A stretch of 64,000 nt of DNA from the human T2T-CHM13v2.0 reference genome, Homo sapiens. Each line of letters begins with the position of its first letter. The stretch's first letter is position 1. This document shows positions 40,795 through 62,557 of the stretch, one piece after another. The notes under the pieces were generated by a model that saw only the letters and a program-made list of their open reading frames with translations, was not told where the DNA came from and did no database searches. The stretch lies in assembly GCF_009914755.1 (NCBI RefSeq), contig NC_060930.1. One strand, given 5' to 3'. Made by a program: the position numbers and the translations under genes.

Positions 40795-43700
40795 CAGTTC
40801 CTGAGAAAACGTTGCTTGTTTTTTATCCTTTTTTCCTCAGTGTGGACTTGAAACAAACAACTGGCTTTTGCTAACAATAATACCGGTGCATATGCAGGCA
40901 GCGTAAAAAGATTATTCGTATTCTCTGCTGGAGGGCTGGGAATGGGGCACTTGGAAATAGAGTTCTCTGAAAGTTGGGGACATTTTTTTTTAAAGGCAGA
41001 GTAAACAGAATGGGAAGAGTCCTATTAAATGTCTAAGCTGGTCATACATAAACATTCCCCAATCTCTTTCAGCAGCTTCCTCCTCACAGGGAAAAGCAGG
41101 AATAAAATTGGCCTGAAAGCACAAGCTTGTCATCAGTTTCCTGTCCACACCTCTTCCCTGCCCATCTGCTACTATATTCATATGAAGAGGGTAAAGCTTT
41201 TGTGCAGATAAAACAACTACATGTTCCTAGCACAGTGTTTGCATCCAGTGGCTTCCTGATAAATATCTTTTGTGATGTTCCTAGTATTTAGGGAACATTT
41301 ATTTGGGCCACCCCCCTATTAATGCTCTATAGAAAAAAAAATGCTAACGTGCAGTTTATTCCAGTGACATCATAACCAAGCTCAAACCAGAGCACGGCCA
41401 ATACCAACAAACTCCCATGATCATGACAGATGCCAGCGAGTCTATTTTTCCTAAGCTCACCCCACAACTATCTTATGCATAAAATGGCTCCTCAGCCCCA
41501 TCATAAAACTCGTGCCCACTTGGTATCCAACAGTAATCAACAACCAGTCTAATACTATTTCTGTGTGAATCAAACTCAAAAAAATAACAGTAGTGGTACA
41601 AGAGGCATTTCCCAAATAAGCAAACGACAAATCCACCAAGGTTAACTGCACAGGATAAACGCACAGGCTGCAGACGCTGCATTTTAATAGGTCATAAGAC
41701 AAAAGCTTGTCAAAGTCAATCAACTCCCCCACACTATGACAAGTCCACCAAGCTGGAGCCTACACTGATCTCATACTTTCAAATCCTCTTCTCTATAAGC
41801 TTTGGAATGCTGTAGTCAACAGGCATAAATACCTAAACCTCATAAAAAAATATAATTCACTTTTTAAATTTTGGCCGTTAGTTCTTCTGCCATTTTAAGT
41901 AATTATAGCACTACTAAAGAGTTCTACCAATACATAGCATATATTCTAAAAACTAAGACTATAAACTGAATGACACTTCTAGCTTAAGCAAGCATATCCA
42001 AATGTTGGCCCCAGTCCACTGGCTGATCAGCAGAAGGTGCCAGAGAGTATCCAAATTATGGACCCTCCAAGCCTGGCTTGATAAGAGCAACTTTCCCTCG
42101 GCGGGAAAAGCTGTAACTACAATGGAATTACAGACATGCCATTTGGAGTGCTATAAAACCTTTTTTTTTTTTTTTTAAAGTTAAGTATTTCTACTCCGAG
42201 GATTCACTTAGTTCAGAACTACTTAGCAAGAACTTCAAATAACTATTTTTAGGTGGTGGTGGCTAGAATACGTTTTTACTTCAGTGAAATGTATTTGTTT
42301 TTTTAGAGGTAAAATTCTTGAAGTTCAACATTTGCAAAAGTGATTTGGTAGAGAATCATGCTGGAGAATATGTCAGGCATTCAACGTCTGGAGTCCACCA
42401 AAAAATGCAAGCAAAACCAACGTCAAAGTTTAAAATTTACCTTTCCAATGTAACTTTCCTTGTGATCCTGCTATGATACTAAACTATAGATCACCAATAT
42501 ATTATATCATCCGTACAGGAACACTACAAAGCAGATGTGGGGGATGATTGGCTGTCCAGGTCATCAGCATCACCTCAACAGTTATCATTTATTCAGCACC
42601 CACACCCACGTTGCAAATAATTTGAAGAGACAATTCTTCCTTGTGACAAAAAAAAAAATGGAAAACTTAAACTTCCCAAGTACACATGTACCCCCCTCAA
42701 AATACCATAAATACTTCAGTGATATAGAGCATCCCTAACAGTGTCAACAATAAAAAAGGAATCGCAGAGGTCATCTGCTAATTACAGTGGCCCTGTTTTT
42801 CATTTTGTCAGTAAGTCGCAATGAAGCAAGGATCTTTTTGAAGACTGCTAGACTGTTAGATTATATAAAGAAAACGCAAGAAGATTTTTTCCCAAGTCTG
42901 GATGTCAGAATCTGGGCAATATGCATTTTCACATTTATTCAATGTGACAACCAATTAAATATTCAGTAATAAAAGAAGATGTTGATACCTATTCTTATTC
43001 TATCAGTATTTACTTAGGGTGTGACAATATCAAACCAATAACCAGACTTTGGTAACTGTTAATGGCTAATAATCTACAGATTATTAGCTAAAAACTGTGA
43101 ACTCAAATCTCTGATAGCTACAGTACAACTTCTTTTAATCAAACAAGTTAGGGTGAAAATGAAGCACTTTATAAGTAAATTGAAAGTTATAACTCTTTAA
43201 GATGCTAAAAAGAAAGTAACTGCACACTATTAACCTTACATAGTCCTCACTGTGCTTCCAGAAATAATATCATACTGATTTTGTACAGTATTATGTCATA
43301 CCACTGAAAAAATTGTGAAACAACCAGACAAGCATATAAAAGAAACCAACTAGCTTCATTATTCTCATAGGTCAAACCTGAAAAAGCTATCATGTTAAAG
43401 ATAGCCTGACAAAAGTCAACATTTGCCTAGAAAAATGCAAACAAGTCATCTAAAACTAAACTCGGCCCAATGGAAAAATGTATTTTTCACAGGGCTTAGT
43501 TCAAATATCACAACATATTCCCTTGCGAAACAGTGTACGTACCCAGATTCCATCTACTCTGTACATTAGTATTTTCCTAATTTTCAGTCCCCTGACTAGT
43601 CACACTTTCAATAGCAAACTTCCTCCACAAGCAGAAACAAACAAGCATGTATCACAAAACCCAACCACTGCAACAAAAATGTCCTAATAATCGCCCCCCT

Positions 43701-44177
43701 TGAAATACATACGCAGCTTTTAAGCACATCAAGCCCGCTGTCTGCTATTTCCTGTCATTGGAAAACTGTGGAAAGCTGATGGAAATCCAGCGTCCAAAAG
43801 CTTAACGAGCAAGACTGGCTCCACCCAAGCCAGACCCTGCTGGAGAGGGACATGCTCAGTAGAAAAGCCCAGTTTGGTTCCAAGTCACTTCATTCCTCAG
43901 CTAGAAAATGCACATGGGTCAAAGAAAAAAGTCAGCTTCCTGCTGCCTGTTTTACCCACTGAATGAAGAACCTTCGGCATAGAAACCAGTTTTAATGACA
44001 CAACTGTAATTCTATAATTTTTATAAAATTCTTCTATCCTGAGATTTTTTCTCATTTAGTTTTCCTGGTTATGACTTTTGCTTTGCTTTGAGTCTCCATC
44101 CTGCAACTTTGTTTTTATTTTTGTCATTTTAATTCATCCCAGAATAGACACCAAAAGTATATGTACACAACATAAAG

Positions 44178-45209
<1,032 letters not shown>

Positions 45210-45471
45210 TACAGCCTACTCATTTTTATCTATAAATTACTATAGACAAACTTTCAGATATAGAAAAACTGCAAATATATCATCCATATTTCAACATTAA
45301 AAAATAAAATATTCATTTCAACTCATTTATACAAGAATGTCTATTCATTCAACCTGTACATAAAAATGGAGGTGCATTTTAACCTAGATAGTATAGTTAC
45401 CGTGATGTAGCTATAAAGCTGTTAAATCCTTGTTTCATATTTCAATCCTAAATTGAGACATGACTAAAAAT

Positions 45472-45775
45472 GGCCAGGTCCAGTAGCTCATGCCTGTAAC
45501 ACCAGAATTTTGTGAGGCCGATGTGGACGAATCACTTGAGATCAAGAGTTCTAGACCAGCCTGGCCAACATGGCAAAACCCCATTTCTACTAAAAATGCA
45601 AAAATTGGCAGGGTGTCGTAGCGCATGCCTGTGGTCCCAGCTACTCAGGAGGCTGAGGCAGGAGAATTGCTTGAACTCAGGAGGTGGAGGTTGCAGTAAG
45701 CCAAGATTGCGCCATTGCACTCCAGCCTGGGCAGCAGAATGAGACTCCATCTCAAAAAAAAAAAAAAAAAAAAAG
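45472..45775 (+). mobile_element. Alu (AluS)
   Basis: TSD gaga(c/a)atgactaaaaat. Confidence 0.92.
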
Positions 45776-46234
45776 GAGAAATGACTAAAAATAAGATAAT
45801 ACTACATCCACCTATCATATGACTCTAAAGAAATATGGAAGCAACATAAATGTAAAGTCACTAAAAGAAAATGTGTCAATTCTAAGATTCAGCTCAGCAC
45901 AATCTGAGAAATAACTAATGTTCCTTAACTCTACAGTACCAACCACCCTTTACATTTCCACAATTTAAATTCTGGGTTTTTTTTTTTCCCAACACACATA
46001 TTTGCATTGACAATTCAGGACTCAGATAGACTATAAGTGCACTTGTGCATTTCTACAGCTTTACCCAACTACTGTGTTACTCTCCTGCAAAGCAGTAGTA
46101 ATTATCTGTTCACATTCACCTACAGCAAAGTCTTTAATGGGTCTCTTGTAAATCGCAAAGAAAATGCTTTAGATATTTATTAACAGATAAACAAGATGTC
46201 ACCAGTACCAACTAGCAGAAAAAGTAAGGTTTGC

Positions 46235-46616
<382 letters not shown>

Positions 46617-46945
46617 TTAAAAATTTTATTTTGGTAAAAGTTTCCATGGCACCTCTGAAGAGATATTCATCTTTGTCAAAATGGGCAGACACAAAACTTT
46701 TTTTTTTTTAAGTCATTCTACATAGTGGAAGTAAATTTTACTACCCATCATAAAGTTTTCATTGGTTCACAAAGGGGCAATTTGGTGAGTTTTTTAGTAG
46801 AGCCAATTTTATTCAATTCAGAGCATCATCCCTTATGCAGATTAAGTTCTTCCCACCTTTTTATGTTAAATGTGTTTTTTAATAAATACTGCTAGTGTAA
46901 CTGTAAATTTGTTACAATATACTTAACTTGGAAAAATATTGCCTT

Positions 46946-47306
46946 TGTGAAAGGAAAATAAATCTTGAGGCCCCCAAGTCACTAAGCTAAAGGGAAAAGT
47001 CAAGCTAGGAACTGCTTAGGGCAAACCTGCCTCCTTCCTTTCTATTCAAAGTCACCCCTCTGCTCACTGAGATAAATGCATATCCGATTGCCTCTTTTGG
47101 AGAGGCTAATCAGAAACTCAGAAGAATGCAACCATTTGTCTCTTATCTACCTGTGACCAGGAAGCCCCCTCCCCACTGCCTTTCTAGATCAAATCAATGT
47201 TCATCTTACATATGTTGACTGATGTTTCCTGTCTCCCTAAAATGTATAAAACCAAACTGTGCTCTGACCACCATGGGCACATGTCGTCAGGTATTCAGGG
47301 TTCACA
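46946..47306 (+). mobile_element. ERV1 solo LTR (MER4A-like) with a deletion near the 3' end
   Basis: tgtgaaaggaaaataaatctt...tgtataaaacc...gggttcaca; TG...CA ends. Confidence 0.8.
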
Positions 47307-47484
47307 CTTTCAACCTTTTTTCTGAAATTTGTAACTCCATGTAATCCAGAAATGTGAAAACTTCTAACCTATAGCAGCACTGGGCCCTATGAATTCAACA
47401 GTGGTAGATCTTCTGGTCCATCCTACGCATTTCTTAACACCCCTGTGTCTCCTGCTCTCTTCTCTTACTCTCTTACTCTCCTAC

Positions 47485-47819
47485 TGCTATAAACTGAATT
47501 GCATCACCCTAAAATTCCTATGTTAAATCTAACCCACAATGTGATGGAGGTAGGAGCTTTGGGAGATAGGTTTAGATAAGGTCATGAGGGTGGGGCCCTC
47601 ATGATGAAATCAGTGTACTCATAAAAAGAAGCACCAGAGAACTTGTGCAGTCTCTCATTCTCTCTCTACCATGAAGGGCACAGTAGAAGGCAGTTGTCAG
47701 TAAGCAAAGAAGAGCCCTTACCAGAAATTCTACAACTTAGAGTAACTGTGAGAAATAAGTACCTGTTGTGTAAGTCACCCAGTCTATGGTATTTTATTAT
47801 GGCAGCACGAGCTAAGATG
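47485..47819 (+). mobile_element. MaLR solo LTR (MLT1A-like)
   Basis: Perfect 5-bp TSD cctac; aggtcatgagggtggggccctcatgatg core. Confidence 0.82.
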
Positions 47820-48124
47820 CCTACTTCTTAGCTATGGAACCCAATGCTACTGCTCAGCTCCTCCCTGGCTTCAAAAGATCCTACTCAGGAGACCTGTGAA
47901 TCTCATTGTTCAAAAAAACGTTGGGAGAATTCAGAGAGAATGAGTTTTGTGGCACTATGATTTTGAAAGAGAACTATTAATAGAGTGAATTTAAAAATTA
48001 GACTATTAGAACCTAGAGAAATTGAATCTCAAACTCATATACCCACTTATGAGTGGTAGAGCCAAAATTCACATCAATTTGGTCTGCCCTCAAAGCCAAT
48101 AGACTTTTCCACTAAGGCAGCCTC

Positions 48125-48403
<279 letters not shown>

Positions 48404-49085
48404 CAAGGCAGCCGTTTTAACACTCTTGTTTTCCAGATAAGTCAAGTGAACCCAGAGAGGTGAAATAACATGTGAGGTTACTTGATGGGTTATTAGCAGA
48501 GAAGTACACAAAGCACGTCCAGTGTCATTTACTTATTTCCAATATGATTTAAATACATTTGAGTACACAAAATATATAGGAAACATCTACAAATGTCTTA
48601 ATATTCAAACATTGTTATTATATGAATTTATATCTATTACATGTATTTTGAGAAGACCAAAAAAGGTCATGTTTCGACAATGTCTCATTATTTCATTAAA
48701 ACAGGAAATTAGGTTTATCCTCCAAAAGTTAATTTTAAAATATTCAAGGAAGTTGGTTAAGGTTAGGAGGGGAACACTTTCCCTACATTTGTGTATGTGA
48801 GTTTGTGTAGACACAGAATTTTATCTTAAACCCAGTATCATAATTTGACTTTTAAAAATCATCCTACCTCCTACTTTATGAGGACAAAGAATGAGTAAGA
48901 TACAGAGAACCCAATAATCTGATGAGTCACTCATGGCTCAAAAACCTTAAGAGACACAAACTCTAGGCAGAAAGTACAGTTATCAATATCACAGAAAAGA
49001 CAATGAGGAAGAAGAATTCCTTTTGGTTATCTCACTTCTGCTCATCTAGCCCCCATCTGTAAAGTGATTATCATCTATCCTACTA

Positions 49086-49491
<406 letters not shown>

Positions 49492-52099
49492 TTATTCTGA
49501 TTGTACAGGGAATCCAATCTTCCCATCTACCAATCGTCATGCAAGATTACTTCCTGAACAAACATGGACAGGAGTTTCATGACTCTTCAATATGAATGAA
49601 CTTCCCAGTCGGTCTATAAAATTTTTTTAACGTTTTTAAAAATGGTCCACATTTCATAGGATCATTGATACTGACATATCTGATGTAGGCAGAAAAACTA
49701 ATTTTTTTCACTAGCACCTTGGCTCTAATGTGCAAGTTCTTCTTTGACCACATACCACAGTTTAACTTCTCTCAGGCTCTAAACCAGAATAATGTATACA
49801 ACTGCACATGCGTCACCTGCAAAGTTTCTTCCCTACCAGACATCTTAGCAATGTTAGACTCATATGTTCAATTACATTAAAAACAATTACATTTTTAAGA
49901 TGTAATGTTGAAAAGTACTGTAGATTTATGGGACTCTAGGAAAGAAAGATACTGCATGACCCCAGATTTTTACAAGGGGTATAGAGAGAAAGTGGAAGCA
50001 GGTACAGAAGGAGGAAAATGGACAAAAGAATAAAAGAGTGGTGGCTGAGAATCTCTAATCAAAAAGTTACTGTTTTGAACCAAGGAAGCATCTAAAAAGT
50101 ATTAGGATAAAACTCTTAACAAATCCTTCTTGTCTGCTTTTAATTAACTACAAAAGTCAAAAGCACCACTTTTTAAATTACACAATCAGACAAGTATAGT
50201 AATCCAGCAGGTACATTAAACTGTATTATTTTCATTCTATTTTATGTCTAAGAAATATGTGCTGCATTCCTGCTTTACACCAGACACTGGTCTAGGCCCT
50301 AAAGACCTAGGGAAAGTTCTTGCCCACAAGAATCTACTGGACATTTACAGTCTAGCAGGCAAGTCAGACACATAAACAAATCATTACACCATATGTGATA
50401 AGGGCTGTAAGAGAGGTACAAGAAGGGCACAAAGGAAATGGTCACCTCCTTTGGGTGGTCAAAGAAAGCGTTATAAAGCTTACAATTATAAGATCATTCT
50501 TCTCTCACACTTTGAAGGAGCAGATGCTACCACTCGGTCATAATGACACCCACCTTGCCTTAGGGATGAAAGAAATAAAACAAAAGCACCTACCACAAAG
50601 TCCACTACATACAAAGCAGAAACAACAATCTTGCTAGCAGCTGTATAATACTCTACATATGACTGAGCAAAATGGAATTTGTAAAGAATCAAAGTAGTTC
50701 AGAGCTAAAAGGATCTCAATGTTCATGTACCTCTACCTCTTGCCTTTAATTAGATGGGAAATCTAAGGCCCAGCAGTTAGATTATTTACATAGCAAATCA
50801 GTAGCAAGATCTCACCAGGATAGATGTCAGATTCTTACTAATAATCTCAATGCCTTTTCCTGTAGCAAACTGTCCTGCCTGGATGAGAAGGGGAGACACA
50901 CTGTTAAGGAGAGAAAAAAGAAAAAAAGAATAGAGACCCTTCATTGTTGTCCAAGGGCCAGAAGAAACAAAACAGCCCTAAGACTAGGAATCCAAGAGAT
51001 CTACAATGCTCCCCAGCTCTGCTCCAACTTCTGTACTCATGAAAAATGCCATAACCTCCCTCCTCCCCCAAAATTCTAAGTCTCCAAAAATAAAAGGGCA
51101 ATTGTCAAGAAATTATCTACTCTTCTTAACCTTAAGGAACATCAAACGTCCTCAAACAGCTTGAGATATGCTCCCATGTTGCCAGTTAGCTACACGTATA
51201 ACATAAAAGTAGCAGCTGCTAACCTACCTATATAATGGGATTGTTTTAAAGATCAAAAAAGAATCATAATAGCTACTGGTAAAGTGCAAAACACTAAATG
51301 AATGCAATTTACTGTTAAACACAGAATTTCCATGGTCAAAAGGTTCATCTACGCCTTTTCCCCTAAAAGTGGTGGAAGGTATCATTATGGTTTAACTTTA
51401 TTTTTAAAAAGCAAACATTAATGTATAATAATTTCCTACCAATCCAATGTATCTATTTCTTTCTCAATTTGTAGAAGGAAAATTCTATCCCTACCTAACC
51501 CATCCCCTATAATTTCCCTTCTTTCTTTTCTCTCCTTTACTTTAAAACAGCCACCACCATTCCAAGAGGCTCTGCTAGAACCATATAAACATCAAACGTG
51601 TAAACACAAAGCTTTTATCAAAAAACATGTTGTATAAAGTTGAATGCTGCTTCTACCAGGGCAAGCTGGGGAAACATTAAGGTGTATTGTAATAAGCAAT
51701 GCCCAGCTACAAACCCAGAGTGTGGTGGGGAGGTACAGCCCCAATCTGGGGCCCTCTCCTCACTTCACCTGTCTCACTATCCTCCTTCTGCCTGATACAT
51801 GATCTGCAATGGTGTGGCCACTTGTTGAGAACCCAGTGTACTTCCAGTCCTTCATAACTTTATTAGCTCTCCATAATTTGAGACTACAGCTCTGTCGCTT
51901 CACTTTCAAAACCTAACTCTCTAAATTTGAATTAGAAAATCCTAACCACAAGTGCCAAGATGTTCTCAATCCACAACCACACCTACTCAAAACAATAAAT
52001 AAAAAATATCTAATATCAAGCCATTATACTCACCATTACCTCTGCCCATGAAATCTTGATTTTAATACTGTACTTTTGGGTTTTGTAAAGATCCATTCA

Positions 52100-53950
<1,851 letters not shown>

Positions 53951-54034
53951 GCTGGGAGAGGAAGGGGTTTAAGGAAGCTAGAAAGATTGGGGGAGGGGCA
54001 GGGGTGGGGTGGATCTAACAACTTTGGAGCATTT

Positions 54035-54441
54035 TGTTAAATGAAATTTATAGGAGGCCATTGTTTTGGACTAGCCTCCTGCACTAGGCTCCAGCAGACC
54101 ATACCACACCAGAATGGAGCTAGGTAATCAAACTAAACTCTGAAACGGGGCAGTTGTTTAAAAAGGAAGAAAGGAATTCACAACAACCAATCCAAAGGGG
54201 TAGGCATGATAAGGAAGTCCCCTCTGTTTTAACACTATAAGAAAAGTCACTTTGAAACAACCAACATGCTTTTGTTCTCTGTTTCTGCTTCCGTCAGCTC
54301 TTTTCTGTCTATAAAAGCAACTTCCTCTGTTCAGCTTATCGGACATTCATTCTATTTTATAGAATGAGGTGTTGCTCCAGTCTTGAATGGCAAATAAAAA
54401 CCAATTAAAATCTTTAAAATAAATTTGCTGTAATTTTAACA
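54035..54441 (+). mobile_element. ERV1-class solo LTR (MER49/MER72-like)
   Basis: TG...CA ends, CCAAT, TATA-like ctataaaa, aataaa. Confidence 0.7.
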
Positions 54442-56742
54442 ATGTAAAGGAAAAAAACTAAGGAGAAAGGGGGAAATTTTGGAGAAAATATGGTCAACCA
54501 CCCAGAATATATTCAATGATAATTCTCCTAGCATTTATATAAACATATGGCTTAAAACAGGCCGAACAATTTTCAATATGAGAAGTCATTGGTGTTTTAA
54601 ACTCTTCTTACATAGTAACTTGATTTGTAAATCAATATCTATTAAATAAGTTACCCAGGAGAATAATCAAATGAGTGCCAATCTCCTTATCAGTACAGAG
54701 GCAGAAAAGTTGTTAAAAATAATTCACTGAAATTGCAAAGTTTGGGGAGGGGTGTTTTGTCTTCATCATAGTGTGTGCCAAGGGCTTGACTAAATTTATT
54801 TTATTAGATACAATACCTACAACTGTAGCTCCTATTCTCAAACTGTGAAGCCTGTGTCTCAATAAAATGCCAGTTTAAAAGACAAGATAATGAAGACCAC
54901 CATCACCACCAGAACTCCATAAGAATATGTGAAAGGTTATAAAACAAAACTCCTTTTATAGGGTTGAATCCTTTCCAGGGTGGGCCTTTAAGACATTCTG
55001 ACAGTGCACACAAATACTATCTCTGGAACAAAACCAAAAAGGCACAGCTGCAAGACATCTTCCACTGAAGTTGTAACTGACTCAATAGCAGTTCTTCCTT
55101 TGAGCAAGAGAGTCTATAAAAGCCAGAAGCAGAGCTATTTTTCCCTACAAACTGTTTAGTGGAACTGTCTTCTACTGATCCAAATTGTAGCTTTATTAAA
55201 AAAGCTAAAATAGCATGTCCATTTAAATTTGTAAAATAAAAATATAAATAAAATTTGGAGAAAAAAGTATATGTGGTTTTCATTATGCAAAATCCCTAAC
55301 TGAACCAAAATTATGCTAAAATATATAAAGATATACATTTTTAAAATTACTATTTATCACCATCACCAGCAGGAAATTTGAATTTATTATAACAGAATTA
55401 TGTTTTCAAACTACTAAGGAATAATAGTGATTTTAAAAGTTTTGATGATTAGCATTCATATTCAGAACACTGATTTATTTTGAGCTTTATTTCATTTAAA
55501 CTTATATCTGGATATTTATGACAGCTAAGAATTAAAAAAAAAAAAAAGCATTTTTAAGTCAATTAGGAATAACTCCGAAACAAGAAACACAATTTAGGAA
55601 ACCAAATCAATGCTTTATTTTGTGATGCTTTCAATACTGTAGTTTTGACTATGTTTCTATAGCAACACCAACAAATACTTCTTCTGCAGCCAAGATGAAA
55701 ACCAATAACCACTTCTCTAGTTTATTTCTATTATGGCTTCCAACAACAACAACAAAAAATCAGCCTTTCTAAACCTCATTCTATAAACTTCAAAACCTAA
55801 GGCTTAAATATATAACAGTTGCAGTTAACCACAAGTGTCAGATATTCTCCAATTCTTTGGAAGGGAAGTTAATGACAGACAGGGTATAATTCTGTTACCT
55901 TTTTGACAGCAATTCATTCAGAATAACAAATAAAAAAATAGGGGGAAATAAAGTAATGACCAACAAATGACTTACTTGGAACATTATCTAAATTCTAGAG
56001 AAACGGACATGAAAACTTTGTGTCAAAACGTAAAGAACTCAATATTCCAAGAATTATGCAACGTTCTCTGCAGAAGTTTCAGACTTTCTTTCAAAAACCA
56101 TTTTTTGTTGGAGTCATTGTTTTGAAGAAAATATTTTACTAATAATAAAAGACCTATCTACCTGGTGAGAAAGCTTTCTGCTAAATGCTTTACAAACATA
56201 TTTATGCTTTGAAACATCTCTGTAAGGCACATATTATCAAGTTCATTTTGTAGTCAAAGAAAATGAGGCTCGGAGAAATTAAATAACTTCCCTTAATAAG
56301 CATAAAATGCAAAAATCATACAGTGGTTAATCAACAGTCCTGGAGTTAGACAAACCTGAATTTGGATTGTGGCTCAACCGCCTAACAACCATGTGTAAAT
56401 CCAATTCTAGTTTATGTGAGATAAATTCTTGACATCACACCATGATGCTTATATAGCCTCAACTACAAAAAGCAGCCTTTAGGTAAACAGCCTCACATTC
56501 CGGTGTCTCACATTTGCCCACGGACTTTACTATAATCATCAGGACTTTATTCAACTGTTTCCACTCTAGTACCATAAAGTTCTCAAAAAGATTTCATAAG
56601 AGAAACCAGGAACCGCAAATGAAAGTTGCAGATGTTTCTATCTTCCAAACACACATATACGTATCAACAGAGGCTTGCCTGGCATTTAATGTTACTGGCT
56701 AGATATATCAGTATATGCCTTTCTTCAGAACACTGAGAACTA

Positions 56743-58023
<1,281 letters not shown>

Positions 58024-58441
58024 TATTTGGGGAGATCAGAGAAGTCCAAATGAAAAGCTTTCTCTATAAACTCGAGGTAACTGTAAATGCATTTTTAAAA
58101 AGATGCCTAAAGGACTACCAACACATATACCAGGTTTCCCAGAACAGCTCTAGTTTCAAATATTCTGTCCCACTGTCTCCTTAAGAAAATACATACATTC
58201 TAGATCACACTTATCCTTTCTATTTTTTAACTGAAACAACATAATCAACAGATTTACGGGCTTGGGACCAAGAGATTACTATTGGCTAGAATGGTAAATA
58301 GAAGAAACTTGAATAAAACTCTGAAAGGGAGAATGAATTGCCATTGGTAGGAAAAAGGGACAAGAACCTTCAAGAGAGATGGGAACAGCCCTAAGGCAGG
58401 GTGAAGATGAAGAATGGACAATATGCTCTCGAAGATCTTGG

Positions 58442-59053
58442 TGATAGTGACAGGAGGCAGCCAAATGCCTAGACAGATCCCCAGTGAACCCTCACCTTCA
58501 AGCCAAAAAAACCAGCCTGAAAGCTGAAAGACCAGGACTGCTGGTCCTGAATGAAACGCACAACCCAGAGTGAGATCTTCTGTTCCTGTTTGCCCACCCT
58601 TTCCTGACTGATTCTTTCTGAATAATGCTTTTTAACCAATTGAATGTTGTCTTTTCCAATACTACCTTTGGCCTGCTCCTCCCCCACTCTGAGCCCATAA
58701 AAGCCCTGGACTCAGCCACATTTGGGGGGGGACTTTCCCACCTTCAAGTAGTAGGACCATCCCGCATCTCCTCTCCACTGAAAGCTGTTTTCTTCACTCA
58801 GTAAAACTCCCTGCCTAGCTCACTCTTCAACTGTCAGTGCACCTCATTCTTCTTGGGTGCGCGACAAGAACTCGGGAACCAGTGCGTGGGACAAGAACTC
58901 GGGAACCAGTGCATAAGCTAGATTCGACCTGGAAGGGCCAAGTGAATGTGACGTCTCCTGCAGCAGGTAGCATGGCCAAGTGAGGTCCAGATGGGACATC
59001 GCCAGCTGAAGGTCCCCAGCTTGCAAAGTGACCAGGAAAAGAATCCTGTGTCA
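58442..59053 (+). mobile_element. ERV1 solo LTR (MER61/LTR27-related group)
   Basis: TG...CA ends, 4-bp flanks ttgg/ttgt, CCAAT boxes, cataaaa, 27-bp-period duplication 58863-58912. Confidence 0.8.
58729..58738 (+). promoter_or_regulatory. NF-kB motif GGGACTTTCC inside the LTR (motif only, function untested)
   Basis: Exact match to the classical Ig-kappa/HIV kB decamer. Confidence 0.5.
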
Positions 59054-59254
59054 TTGTGAGTAGGAGTTGGTGACCTGGGCAGTGAAATGACCACTGTCAC
59101 TGGATCAGAATTATATACAAAGATAAATCAGAGGTAATGCTGAAATATGACAGCTAGAAAGAGTGCTGAGGGCTTTGAAGAACAGAAAAAGAACCTTGGG
59201 CTAAAGAATATAGGTGAGAAGCTCCTTGAAGATGTTTTTCTTTTGTTTTGCTTT

Positions 59255-60790
<1,536 letters not shown>

Positions 60791-60838
60791 CTGGGCCTAC
60801 TGTGGCCAAGCAGGATGAACACTAAATGTTGTTCTGAG

Positions 60839-61558
<720 letters not shown>

Positions 61559-62230
61559 TAGGCTCAGGTGGAAGTACCAGTCAAAATAACAAATAAAGAA
61601 TAGGTATTAAACACATTTTAGAGAAAATAATCCATAGGAGTTGAAGTCTAAATAGCAGATAAAGAAGAATAACTAAAAAATAATGCCAAGATTCAAGGCC
61701 AGAAGACAAGAAGACTGCAAGATTCTGGAACTTTCAGGCATACTGAGTTTGAAGTGATGTAACACCTAAGTTCTTAGAAAAGATTACAGAAATCAAGAGT
61801 AAAGATGACAACTTAGGGGTCACCCCAGAGGTATGAGAGATTAACCCTGATCCTATCATTTGCTACTAGTATTAATCTCAAAACTTTTTTCCAAACAAGT
61901 GACTATTCCTGAAAAGTTTTAGTAATACAAAAATAGAGGAAAAGCACCTTAAAGCCAGGCTTTCCTGAGGGGTGGCGGGGGAGACTACAGCAGGGCATCC
62001 GAAGGGGCTGTAAATATGTAAAAGTCTGCATAACAAGAATAGCATCAAGGTGCTCTAAGAACTAAACATGGTAGACCAAGTCTACCTTCTTAAGAAGGTA
62101 CAGTCATCTCCATGTGCCTAATGAAAAAATATTTGGAGGGAAATCTCAGTGGCAAACTAATCTACCTGCTACAACACTAGCTACAAATCAGCTCAACAGG
62201 CAAGATAAGTGCTAAGAATGAAGGAAAGGA

Positions 62231-62557
<327 letters not shown>

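Noticed and set aside
41455-41732. Possible minus-strand donor GGG|gtgagc at 41461 and overlapping short ORFs
   Set aside because: No recognisable protein, acceptor or promoter evidence.
42243-42252. MEF2 consensus CTATTTTTAG, and AP-1 sites such as TGAGTCA at 48925-48931
   Set aside because: Isolated short motifs are expected by chance in 64 kb of AT-rich DNA.
58863-58912. Direct repeats resembling a mini CRISPR array
   Set aside because: Two copies with a 4-nt gap inside a human LTR; simple tandem duplication.
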